NCBI RefSeq assembly: GCF_964204645.1
Contig: NC_134030.1
Span: 11,863,947 to 11,927,946, forward strand
Length of the DNA: 64,000 nucleotides
Reading direction: 5' to 3'
Source of the DNA: Tubulanus polymorphus
Taxonomy: Eukaryota; Animalia; Nemertea
Positions 44,901 through 56,930 of the stretch are shown piece after piece. Each line of letters opens with the position of its first letter. Position 1 is the stretch's first letter. Position numbers and translations under genes: made by a program. Below the pieces are notes generated by a model. The model did no database searches, was not told where the DNA came from, and saw only the letters and a list, made by a program, of their open reading frames with translations.

Positions 44901-47656
44901 TATTGTCATGATATTGACCATTAAGTGGTTTGCTGAAGATTCTCCACTTGGATAAATCAGTACTAAATAATACAAGTTTCGTTGCCCAATAACACATAAA
45001 ATGAGGGTGAATTAATTTTTTTGGCTCAAACTGCTGCCTTAACTTCACAGGACGATCACGTTTATTCTTCAGCTTATAGTTGTAACAGTTGGAACAAAGT
45101 GTTTCACCATCAGCATTTTTCCTCCATTTGTTAGACATGGTAATGGAGCAATGAATACATTGTTTATCATTTAAAACAACGTCAATTTGACATGAGGGAC
45201 AATTAGTGATGTTACTGGACATATTCAACTTTGAAAGATAATATCCACATGATGATTTACAAACTGAAGACTTTGACGAACATTTTATGAGCATTTCTGC
45301 AGCCACAAATTGAGAAGTATCCTCAACAATTGGCTCAATAAATTCAAATTTATTATCTAATCTATGGGTTTGCCAATTCTTTTTTAATGTTAAGGAAGCT
45401 TTCATCGTTGTCTGGTTACCAACAAATGAAGGCCGCACATTCTTATGCAGACGAACTGTTTTTGTAAAATCAAAAGTGAATCTATCGAAATAATATTTTG
45501 TGTCAGCACCAGTCATTACTTCCCCATTTTCAACCCATTCATCACTAAGTGGATTCTGGTTGTTGAGGTATTTCTTGATAGTGTCAATGGCTACCTGGTC
45601 ATTTGTACCTTGGTCTGTACAATGAAAACTTTTATACTTCGTCTTACTGCCAGTTGAATGAAAAGCAACTTCAAGATAATGCTTTCCTCTCCTGATGCGA
45701 TGGGAGATAGTAGTTTTAGAACCATTAATATGGGAAGTTAATGGTTCAGCTGAATTTAGAGTTAATGAGGATTGAGGATTCAAAATTGAGGATGTAGATT
45801 CAGGTGTAGATTCATTATTCGAAATTGGTGTAGATTCAGGTGTAGATTTAATAGTCAAAATTGGTGCAGATTCACTATTCGAAATTGGTGTAGATTCATT
45901 AGTCAAAATTGGTGCAGATTCACTATTCGAAATTGGTGTTGATTCAGGTGTTGATTCATTAGTCAAAATTGGTGCAGATTCACTATTTGAAATTGGTGTT
46001 GATTCATTAGTCAAAATTGCTGCAGATTCATAATTCGAAATTGGTGTAGATTCAAGTGTTGATTCATTATTCAAAATTGGTGTAGATTTAGATTTGGCTG
46101 TAGTTAAGACTGATTTGCTTTTTTTAGGGGCAATATAAGAGTCTGACATCTTTAATTCAGAACTAGCTAGTGTATTATTTGACTCAGTTGATCGTTTATG
46201 TCTCTGTCTGCGAGATAATCGTGATATCTTAGAGAAAGTAGTACTATTAGCAGTAGGTTGAGATGACTTTGAGAAGAGTTGAGTAATATCAATTAGATGT
46301 TTCATAAGCCAATTAATCAATATCAATCTAACAAAATCAGAATAGTTAGAAATGTTCTTAAGATAAGATAATTCATTGGGAGATGAAAATACACTTGAAA
46401 TATCCTTTTCATAATAGGTTGCAATGCAAGCACCAATTAATGTAGCAGGGCCACAGACAGATGAACATGATTGGAGTGGGTAATAACTAGTACAATTATT
46501 ACTACATACATGCACTGAATTTTCAGTAACAAAATGAGGATCATGGAGGTGGATATAAACAGGATCAGGGCAATTCAAACCTTTCAAAACAGATCTTAAA
46601 TGATTTTTAAATTCCCTTGGACAATCCCATGCTAGTGTATCAGCATAACACAGTTTGTTACTTTTTGGGTAAAAAACTGCTAGTGCATAATGATTGGCAA
46701 CAACATGTCCATAAGAATTTAGAAATACGAAATCGTTTTGGGTGCCAACATGCAGGAAAAAAATTAGTTTATCACAACTTATGAGTGGATTAGGACCGAA
46801 TCTTTTATATAAATTTGAAACATATTTCTTAGCATCAAATGTAAGTGGCATCATAAATGCATGAATATTACAGTACTGTTCATTTATCATAGATGCAAAA
46901 GCATTTAACACAGATCCTTCAAACCATTTTTGATTAGTCATCGTCTGAAGTTCTGATACAGATACGCTATTATTATTACCAACTGGAAATTGTTGAGAGG
47001 GTTTTAAGGAAAAGAGCATATTTGAAAATGCTTGAATCTGTTCCCAATCGACTGAATCAGTGGGGCTTAAAGGCTTACTATTTACCCAAAGATTCATGGC
47101 AAAAAGATCTTGTTGTTTGGTTTTAGCATAATGTAAGAAAAGAAACCTATTAATCTGATCAATAGAATAGCAGCCTGTATCGAGTCTCACATGGATATTA
47201 ATGGAAGGGTCACGGACAATCCTTGACTGCATCTGTGCTTTTATGTCCTCCAACTGATTTTTGTGGGGCATAGTGGGGGCATCATCAGCCAAATGACATG
47301 AATTAGACATGTCACAAATTCTGAATGACGTGACCTTTGATGGCATAACAGGAGGAATTTTCAAAAACTGATAGTCATTGAGGCACATTTCTGTTGGATT
47401 GTAACTAAAATTTCTTCTACATACATGTTCATCATCAGAATCATTCTCATCACTATCATCAATTATGATTGGTTCGATACCTCCACCACCTGTGATACTT
47501 AGCTGTTTTTTGTTTTCCATCCAGCTATCTTCCTGCATCTTTAATCTTTCTATCCTTTCTTTCGAACTATCTTCCTGCATCTTTTCTGCTTCCTCTATCG
47601 TTCCTTCCGAGAAATTGTCACAAGCCGCGTCCTTTCCTTCTTCCTCCATTGTCCGC
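41920..47656 (-). CDS. Giant terminal exon of the MULE transposase gene: Ulp1/C48-like protease, S/T/P repeats, GATA finger, MULE DDE core, SWIM, two C2H2 fingers, PHD finger
   Basis: Uninterrupted ORF 47667-41920 (1915 aa). Ulp1: WFEGSVLNAF, NHYAL, YADTL, LQSCSSVCG. GATA: CIHC-x17-CSNC...KNKRDRP. DDE: GIDVKH, QHDKD, LCNFH, TDNITE. SWIM: CTCEAF...CKHL. C2H2: CSFC...HISTSH and CAIC...HIRIEH. PHD: CPVC...ECDNCHRWYHWKC...WFCFHC. TTTCAG acceptor ending at 47657. Confidence 0.92.
45780..46090 (-). repeat. In-frame coding minisatellite (24-bp units alternating STPISNSE and SAPILTNE)
   Basis: Visible in both the DNA and the translated ORF; includes 12-bp STPE insertions. Confidence 0.9.
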
Positions 47657-47817
47657 CTGAAATACACATTATCAACTCACTTTTTTTAGACATATGAATA
47701 GATAGAGTATGAAATTACCCATATAGGCCTAACATAAAACATGGGTATCTCTGAGTCATTTGCATTAAGTCATTTAGATTTGTAGGTACTAAATTAATTG
47801 AATTATGTTGTACTTAC

Positions 47818-49613
47818 ATTTCAGTATGGTTTAAACTAACATGGTCTAGAAGATCTTTCCAATTGGTGAATTCAACTCCGCAAAAACATGTCGAGTCAGC
47901 AGGATCCGTCTGTGGATGAATAACCTAATGTGGAAGAGCACATTAATCTGTTTTTGCTTCAACATCTAAGCAAAAATAACAAAAATGAACCCGCGTCTCG
48001 CAGAAAGGGCATCAAACTTACATGTTCCACTGACTTCCTTTTTCTGTTAAATCTTTTAGTATTGTGACAACTTCTATTGTAGCATCCCTGAATATGAAAA
48101 CAAAGCTTTACAGCATAAATCATACCAATACCAATGAATTTCTATAATTTCATTTCGAGAAACATATTACTCACGTTCTTAGTCTGATAAAAAGGAGTAA
48201 ATAATTGAGGCTTTAAACAAATAGCAACACCAGCCACATCAATTTTAGTCATGTACTGGAAAAAAAAGACAGATTTGTGCATGCACAGCCTTTAGGTAAT
48301 TGTGAAATAAAAGTGACCAAACTAATATTAAATCATAAGTTCTTGAGATGATATGTACCTGGTCGAATGTGAAAAAGGCTCTTTGATCTTCACAACAGAA
48401 TTGTTTCCTTGTATGATGCGCAACGTCAAAACTGCTATACTGGATTGAAGGATACAAAAAACTGTTAAAATATATCTAACTTTATAAAGATAAATCACGT
48501 ACAAATCACTTAGGAAAACAACTTTACCACTATTGTTGAATCATCCCATGCTCTTGCTTGATCATCCTTCAATTTGTTTTTTGCTATCAGCTATCAATAT
48601 GATTCATTAATTCAATGCAAGGATTTTGAATAAAGTGGTTTCGTATTCAAGTTATAAAAACTAATTGCAAATCATTCATTTTCTAGGATATCAATGCTAA
48701 ATGATTACCTTTCGTCGATGGACTGCTCTACTTCTTTGCATCTTTTCAATCTCATATGGAAAGTATTGAGGGCACCTGATTAAGAATCATTCATTATTTC
48801 CAGTACAATCATAAAATTTATGTAGTTTGCATACCTGGTAATTGGATAAAATAATGCAATTCTACGTACATTTCATCTTCATTTTTCAATAGCAGTAGTT
48901 CCATTATCCTGTTATTTATGAACTGATTTCCCTTACGGCTGGGGTGTAACAAGTCAGTCCTAGATCACAAAATTTAGAAAAAAACAAGTTAGTTTAAATC
49001 GCGAAAAAATGCACATAACCTACTGGGCTTATTAAGATTAAACGATTACTTACGGTGAAAGGAGATCTCTTGAGAAGTGAAAATCAACGAACTTTACACC
49101 AAGTGTAAAGCATTCGCGGTGCAGCATTTCATTGTAATGAAATATTTTTGTGTCAGCATCGAAACTTTAAAAAAGAAAGAAATTTAAAAATCATTACATC
49201 GATCATAAATATAGTACTTCAAGAAAAATCTATTCTTGATACTTACTCATCACATCGAGGAAAAAGAGCTGGTACAATGATGGTCCCAGTACATTTATAG
49301 AGCAACAATCGAATTAATTCAACGTGTCTTCGCAGAACAATCTCAAGCGGGACATCACGCGTCATATTATTTGTTCCAACATGGACGATTAGTTGTTCCA
49401 CATTCAGCATCTTCACCTTTTTCAATTCTGTAATATACAACTAATCAGTAACCCAATGAAAATGAACAATATAAATCAGTACTGAACCGAGAAATTACCT
49501 TCCATCAATGTTTCAATGGTTCCTCCGGGGCACACGATCCTTGTCCATTCAAATAAGCCTACACCATCTAGCCCAGCATACTTTAAAATGCTGTCTGCTA
49601 CGAGACCAATACG
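47818..49613 (-). CDS. Ten short upstream exons of the MULE gene encoding an SGNH/GDSL hydrolase domain, a linker and a C2H2-like finger
   Basis: Exons 49613-49499, 49427-49247, 49164-49054, 48959-48870, 48775-48709, 48590-48528, 48439-48359, 48255-48175, 48087-48022, 47924-47818, all GT-AG and phase-matched. Motifs GLVADS, CPGG, HVGTNN, DLLHPSRKG, and CFCG..F.....L..H....H. The four SGNH exons are well supported; some linker junctions have alternatives. The start-codon exon was not identified. Confidence 0.78.
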
Positions 49614-51245
49614 CTACAAAAAAGATTATTTGTCAGTCTCAGGCCAATATCACAGGGAGGTGTGAGAGAGCACACTGGTTACTGTAAGACCCTACTACAT
49701 GCAAAAGAAGTGACACATATATGTATATCAATGTGATAGAATTGATTGAAAAAATTGTGCATAATAGTAGCTAGTGCCCAAAAATAGAACACAGTGTTAT
49801 TGAAGTGAAAATTTCTAAAATCCTCTGAAGCGGTGCTTATTTGGTAGCTACATGGGTATTCTAATTGAATAAGCATAAAGATAAGCGTGCACACACAGTA
49901 GCCTATGCATAAACAAGGGCCAGTTTCACCTTCACCTAAAAGTCCTGCAGTGTGAAGACTAACTTGTTCACCTAAACCACCTCTACCAGGCTGTGGAAGG
50001 CCTAACATCAGGCACTAAATTAAAAGATTCCTCTAAATCAAATTATCTATAAACATCCTCTTAATTGCAGGCAGACTGATTCAGGGAGGGGTGCAGCCCA
50101 AAATAGGGCATACATATCAGTATCATATATAATTAAAAATCAAAAGGGCACCAGATCATCAGAAAACATAATACCTATATTTTGGAAGTAGGCCTACAGA
50201 GAACATGTTTTGGAATATAAGCTTTTTAAAAATACTTGTTGATATTTTTAATTTTTCCTTTAAATTTCATTGCGACTTAAAAGTTTTAAGGGGTGTACAC
50301 CCCTGTATACTCTCCTGATCTGCCCCTGAATTGCCACTTAACAAAATTTCTCAGCTTAATTGTTGGCTAACTAGCTCAGTGAAACTGGGACCAGACCTAA
50401 TGCATACACCCTCAGTGGCCAGGGCCAGGATTAAACAGTTAGGCTACGTATATAAATAAAGGAATGAAAAGTACTTATCCTGAAATTGGTTAGGCTATCT
50501 ATCTGCAACAAGAAATACATTTTCATTGACTCTGAATACAGGGAACTACCATTCTTCTGTTTCGAGGCCTTAAAATTTATTGTTTATTTTTTGTTGCTGG
50601 ATTTGGAATGGTTGTTGGAATATTTAAGGCCTAGTAGGTGGTGACTGTGTACGGGCAACATAGGCCTATACCCAGTGGCATGGCAATGGCATGCCACTGG
50701 GTACCCACTACTGCACTATAGTATACTGCCTACGGCTACTGCGACTGGTGGTTCGGTTGGCAGAAATTACTTTTTAACATGGGGGGGGGAGGGGGGAAGT
50801 AAGCGTGGATGAAGACAAATTAATTTAGCCGAGTAAGTAGCAAGCAAGTAAAGTAGTGGCAGTACAGTAGGCCTAGCGACAATGTGAGTGTGGTGGTAAC
50901 GTGGCCGTGGTGGCAATAACAAGACTCCAAAACTGGCAAAAGCCAAAATTAAAAAGCCCTGCCGCCGCGCGGTCGCGACGCCTCGCCTGCACCACCGTGT
51001 ACGATCCTCGCGGCGTTCACCAGTGTTACCCAGTGAGTTTTTTATAATCTTGCAATCTACCTCTTTTTTCAAACCAATATTCCCACCAACTGGTCCGGAG
51101 ACAAGCTTAACACGTTCGGAAAACATGATTCACAATCTTTTAATCAACAGCCAGCAAGAATACACTTGACAGAAAATTCAAATTCAGCGGTTAACCGTTA
51201 AAAGTGAGTTGTTTAGCTGTGGGAGTAACAAAAAGGCGATCTTGA

Positions 51246-51289
51246 TGACGTCACTAGCCATCGACCAAAACAGGCTTTCAACCTTTTGC
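51246..51289 (-). repeat. Right TIR of the MULE
   Basis: TGACGTCACTAGCCATCGACCAAAACAGGCTTTCAACCTTTTGC (one mismatch to the left TIR). Confidence 0.95.
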
Positions 51290-52029
51290 GTATCAAACCG
51301 TATCAGGCGCGCGGTTTCGCAGTCAGTCCAGCGTGGTGAGAGCGCCTCGACAACCTAAAGGTCAGTGGTATATAGATAGGAGCGGCCCGCGCCCCCATTA
51401 ATTTTTGCCAAGATAACATTTCCAGGGCCATTTTGAAAATGATATGGCCAACCCGTCGGAACCCTGTACCGGCTGTACGTAGTCGTAGTCGTAGACGTAA
51501 GTGTAGCGTTTCTCTCCTGGGTAGCGTGTTTCTTTTTAGTGTTGGATACGTAAAATAGGCGTTTGCTACTAGGGTTCGCCCTGAAACAATATAATCGGGT
51601 TATACGAAAATATTGGGGGAAGTAATTCCTCCTCAGGGAAAAGATACATTATGAGAATGCCGGTTTGCTAGCGTATCTATTTAACACCCGTATTGCTCGG
51701 GTTAGTTTTACTATCAACGGGTGGCGCTGTATGTAAATTTCACATAAATCAACGACTTTCGGCTATTGGCGGTACTTAAGACCACTTGAAAACATCATAG
51801 TCAATTACGGTAGTAGTGAACATAAAAAGATACAGTACAAAGATACAGTACGGTGTACAGTTAAGGACATGATTCCATAGGACCCATACCAGAGACATTT
51901 TGTTCAGACAAGGACTATTAGTTAAACACTAATCTTCATTTTCAGCAATTAACGATCTGGTGAATTAATTAGTGATTCGGTCTTTCGTCGGTTCGAGATA
52001 AAATGCCCGCAAAATAAGAACCTAACGAA

Positions 52030-55000
52030 CCAGGGCTGACCATAAATTGCCCAACAGATAAATTTTCGAAACGACACAATCCAATCATGTTTGGTAACAA
52101 ATGTGGCGTGGACCATGGTCTTTTAACTGACCAATGCATGACCAGTACTGACCATATAGTAAATTATTTGTTTGCAAACAATTAAGTTGTTTGGTGTCAA
52201 ATAACTAGATATGATGTGGGCATTAATCTAAAACTTGTTTTGACCAATGCTTGACCAGTACTGACCAGTTACCAGTGCTAACCAGAACCCCCATAAGTAA
52301 TTTATATGTTTAGTGAATCCTTCGTTGGTACTACTAGCTCTTACATTTAAATGTGTCGCTTGAAAAAGTCTTGTCCGATTTTTGTTGTATGTAGCGAGCT
52401 AACTTTGAAATTCCGCTAAAATGCATGATTTTTACGTAGGGTTTTGAACGAACAACGTTTCCATTTGTAATTGTAACGTGCGCATTTGAGCCTGTAACGT
52501 GCACATTTCACTCGCATGAACGTGCGTATCGGTACCAACATGCGAGACTTGTCAAACTTTTACGATCAAGACTTTCAAACTGAACAAAGAAGATATCATA
52601 TCATATTATAAATACATGAATAGATGGAATGATAATGTAGTAGTTTTAAATGTTTCGTAGCTGCTGTCCACTGACCACAGATCAAAGCTAATTGCCTGAT
52701 ATGAAATACATTTTTGTTATAGAGATGTAGTAGATCAGTGAGAATTCAAACTTATGGTTAATTTTGAGTGATCACAACGCTAACCAATAGAGAAAGCTAA
52801 GGCCTAAGAAAAGATGCATTAAGTATAACATATCTTTCAATATAATGATGAAGTATTCAACTGGCCATCACAACAATAGTTTGACTTATCTTATTGAAAA
52901 AACCGGAGTGTTAATGGGAAAACCTTGAATTCGAAACAATTCCACACTCATCGTTTACTTTGAAAACACAATTTGCATTTTGTGGACATGTATTTTTTTC
53001 TGCACCAAAAGCATGAAGTATATTATCTTTGCTTGTAAAAATTTGAAATTTTGGGGAAGATTTTTGGCCTCGTTAACCTGTGAACACGTCCTTCGTATAT
53101 TTTCTAAGACCGACCCTTGAAATAATGCTGAGAGTTCCGAGGATAATTTTGGTAGGATGTAAACTTAGGCTGCTTCGTATCCGTGGAGGGTTGCTAATAC
53201 ACAATAATCATAAGTACCATGAGATTCGATAGAATATCGTTTTTCAATCATACGTACACGAATTATCGCGATATAAAGATAAATAATATGTTCATATACT
53301 TTTTACGTCTTATACTGTATATTTCTTTAGTAGTATAAATAAAGAGTGGATCAGCAGGCCACCTGAGACCATTCCACGATCTAAGGTCAGTTGCCAAAAG
53401 TTAGTAAGTTTACCAGTGCGACAAACAGCTAGTGCAAATAGCTAGAAAAGGTAACAATAGTGCATTGGCAAACGTAGAGCAAGCGTACATTGGTTGTTTA
53501 GGTTTTTCGAAGGGGAGAATTTGTGGGAAAATTAATCATTACTGAAATATATCCATGGCGAGCTTTTCCAGGGATTTAAAAAGTTGAGCTGTACACAAGG
53601 AATTTTGTGTAGTCCAATATCCGTGATTACCTCTGGCGTGGAGAGATACAATCTAAAACCAACCCTAGAGTCAAATATTTTACCACAATTTTTTATGATC
53701 AATAAAAAGATTGAGTAATAGACATTCAATCAGTATTATCTAAATTCCACTCCATTTTAAACTCATTCATCTCTTCACAAACTCCAACTTGTTGAACAGT
53801 CCACATTAAAATTAGGGACCACTATTCTTGCTCATCTACACTGGCTACCAATCTAACAAAGGATTAAATTTGAGTGTTTGATGTTATAACAATATCAGAC
53901 TGAAGTATGGATTCAGTTTCTACTTTTTAATTGAACATTTATATCACATATTGGGCATCATTTTTACCAGTATATATTGAATAACCTATCCATATATCAT
54001 CTTCAATTTTATGAAATCTGACTTTTGAGATGTCATTCAATCAATGCATTCACATGCGGTCGTCGCTTTCAATAGCCACCACAGACTGGCTCCTTATTAT
54101 TTCTTCGGTGATACCATTGGCGGACGATCCCACACGTTTCTTGCTCCAGCCCTAGAATGCTCAATATTCGTCATGAACCCCGATTTGAGTTTAAATTCAA
54201 AATACTCCTAAAACACACCTGTTAACTAGATTACTCTAAAACACCTTTATGTGCAAGAATCAGTGAAATTGGCGCTTTATCAGTTGTATTCATCATTCGT
54301 ACCCACGAATCTCGTATCGTATCCTATTAATGTGGAGACCCATCCTCGTAAAGAGAATGAATAGGCTCTGTTGCGTTCATATCATTTGATATGAGGCTAC
54401 GTGTCATCTTCAATTGAAATCACGTTGTTTTTTTAAAGGGTGGGCGAGAATATATTCTTATGTTTTTGTTTCTCTGAATGTTGCTATTTAAGAGTTCAAT
54501 AATTTCAGTCTACCAAACAAAGGATTTTCCGTATGTATCGTGACATGTTTTTCCATAACCCTAGGAGAGCAGGATAACTCTCTAGGTATTTTTTTGCGGA
54601 TGACCGAAAGCTGCTGTCCCTTTCTAGTAATTTGATGATATCCGTCGAAATCTAAATTCTAAAAAGGAATCAGGCATATCTTCTTTATTGACTAAATATG
54701 AACTCAACAACAAGTGACACTCCCTTCAAAGGCGCCGAAGTAAAATCATGTGTCGAGTGGAGATGATATTGTGTCAGAATTTCTTCAAAATCGGAGAAAA
54801 TTGAATATTTTGAAAATAATCATTTTACATGTATGTTTAAATCCGTTATAACTGGAGCAATTTTCATGAAAAAATATCTATGGAATCAGCGAAATGTAAT
54901 TAAGAGGAATACTATGTTTAAAAAGTTATCAAAGACATTTGAAAAAAGTTTTCTGAATTCGTCAACTGTTAAACTAGTAACAACCAGATGTGTTCCCATT

Positions 55001-56930
55001 AAACCACCGACCGCGAGCCGAGTCGATGTGAGATGTGCCCTACACTGAAAATCTCAAGTGCTATACAACCGGTTTTTTAGGTGCCTCTGAATGTCGGCCG
55101 TTAAAAAACTGAACAATTCCCATTTGGAAAGGGCCTACATAGTTAGAGAAAATTCAAGATGTGTATATCGTGTGAGATACAGGCTCCATATTTCATGTGC
55201 GTTTGGAATTTAACCTTGTTTATAACGAAACACGCATGTATTTATGCTATTTTAGATTTAAAAAAAATGTGTTTCATGAGACCCGCAAATAACGTCAAGT
55301 TATTTATGCATTTTTGATTAATATGAATAAATTTCGCTTCGAAATCTTAAAATTTCTCAGGTGGATTATTCAATAAATTCACAACAGTCCATTATGGATT
55401 AGTTTGACGCCAATCGTTCTTTTAAAGATCTTTCTTTCTCGAAGAAAGATTTTCTTAAAAACTTTGATTATGGCGAATCTTTTATGTGTCCGATAGTTAA
55501 ACCTTCGGGTATTATACTAGAATACAAATTTTTAAAGATATTCATAACATACTGAAGGATATCACAGGTTATACCCGAACATATGCAGTTGGATAGATCT
55601 TTTTGTTTCGACTCGCATGCGACAGTAAAAACGGTACTTGATATAACAAGTGAACTTCATCATTGATATTTTCACTAATCTACTTGAATTCCAAAAAAGA
55701 ACTGACAATGAAAAAGGGTTACAGCTGTGACTGATATCGCTCCAAATTTCAATTCCTATGAACACTTTTAATATAAAGACAACTATTAACGAAACAGTTT
55801 TTAGAGGCGAAGAATCCGCGTTACCATCGAATTTTCAAAACTTGAAGGAATGGTTAATGCCTCGGTGACCACTGGTCTAGTACGCGGTTTTCTGAAATGA
55901 AAGTGGCCAAGTCTAAATAACAACTATTGTATCACATGATTTCAAATATTAGGAACCCAATGCGTTTAATGATTTAATTAATTGGTATCGCGCAGATTGG
56001 TTTAAAGACGGGTGTTAGTCACCTTGTGATTTAATTGTTTTTCATGCATCGATTAATTATCTTATTATAACTTATTTGTAGGCCCATCCCGCAAACATTT
56101 TCTATTCATTGAGTTTTCAAACGCAGTACTGTTCAGATGATTCGAGTCAAGTAGTAAAAAAGTTTATGTATTAGCATTACTATGCAGTGAAAATAACGCA
56201 CTGCGGCAAGTGAGGTGCTGTGATCCAGATGTGTAACCCATTTATGGGTAATAAATTTCCATCATGTCAACGCCATTCAAAAACAGTAGCAAAACTTTCT
56301 GCTGGTTTCTAGAAATAGCAATACGACGACAAGCACTTTCGAATTCGACCACGATATTTGAGAAGTTTCGCTGGTGGTCAGTGATGGTCAATTTATGAAT
56401 TTTAATGGCGAATCCTTTCTAGTTTCACACCAAAAGCGGTACCGGTATATCGTTCTTTCAAGAAGTTTCAATTGGTCAGTGGTGGTCAGTGATGGTCAAT
56501 TTATGAATTTTCAATGGCGAATCCTTTCTAGTTTGACACCATAACGCGGTATATCGTTTTCATATTCGAGAAGTTTGAATTGGTCATTGGTGGTCAGTGA
56601 TGGTCAGTGATGAATTTGCAATGATGATTCCTTAGAGGTTTGAAAACAAACATTACATGATAAATTTCCGAAATTCGAAGTCAAGTGGTCAGACTCGGGG
56701 ATATCTCAATTGGTCAGTTACTGACCATCATGGTGTCACCATTGTGGTCTATAGCTCAAATGAAACATGTGGAACCGACGAAGGGGTCCAAAAGCGTTTC
56801 CTGGAGTGACGTGATCCAAAAATGCCCTAACTGGAAAAGGCAGTCTCTCAATTGGATGAAACCAAATCGGACAGGACAATTAAAATTTGGGAAGGCCACA
56901 GGCAGTGGTCTTTCTACGAAGCCCACGTGG
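52030..56930. mobile_element. Probable relic of a DNA transposon of about 4.9 kb with inverted subterminal TGACCA arrays
   Basis: TGACCA cluster at about 52035-52285 and TGGTCA cluster at about 56370-56730 (three direct repeats of about 110 bp); no intact ORF; exact termini not found. Confidence 0.35.

Larger units (their letters stand above)
39528..51289 (-). mobile_element. Full-length, apparently intact Mutator-like (MULE) DNA transposon, 11,762 bp
   Basis: 44-bp TIRs (43/44 identical) with G...C termini; perfect 9-bp TSD GTATCAAAC at 39519-39527 and 51290-51298; encodes a MULE-type DDE transposase. Confidence 0.93.

Noticed and set aside
47665-47667. GTG start for the 1915-aa ORF as a stand-alone gene
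   Set aside because: It lies within a canonical acceptor (GTGTATTTCAG|G) that is phase-matched to the upstream exon, so it is better read as an internal exon boundary. Independent initiation at ATG 47649 is not excluded.
42422-47689. Short plus-strand ORFs overlapping the transposase
   Set aside because: Antisense shadows of the long coding exon, with no motifs.
39528-51289. Polinton/Maverick, Helitron or viral identity for the large element
   Set aside because: No DNA polymerase B, integrase, capsid or Rep/helicase motifs; the 9-bp TSD, D-D-CxxH-E pattern and SWIM finger fit Mutator.
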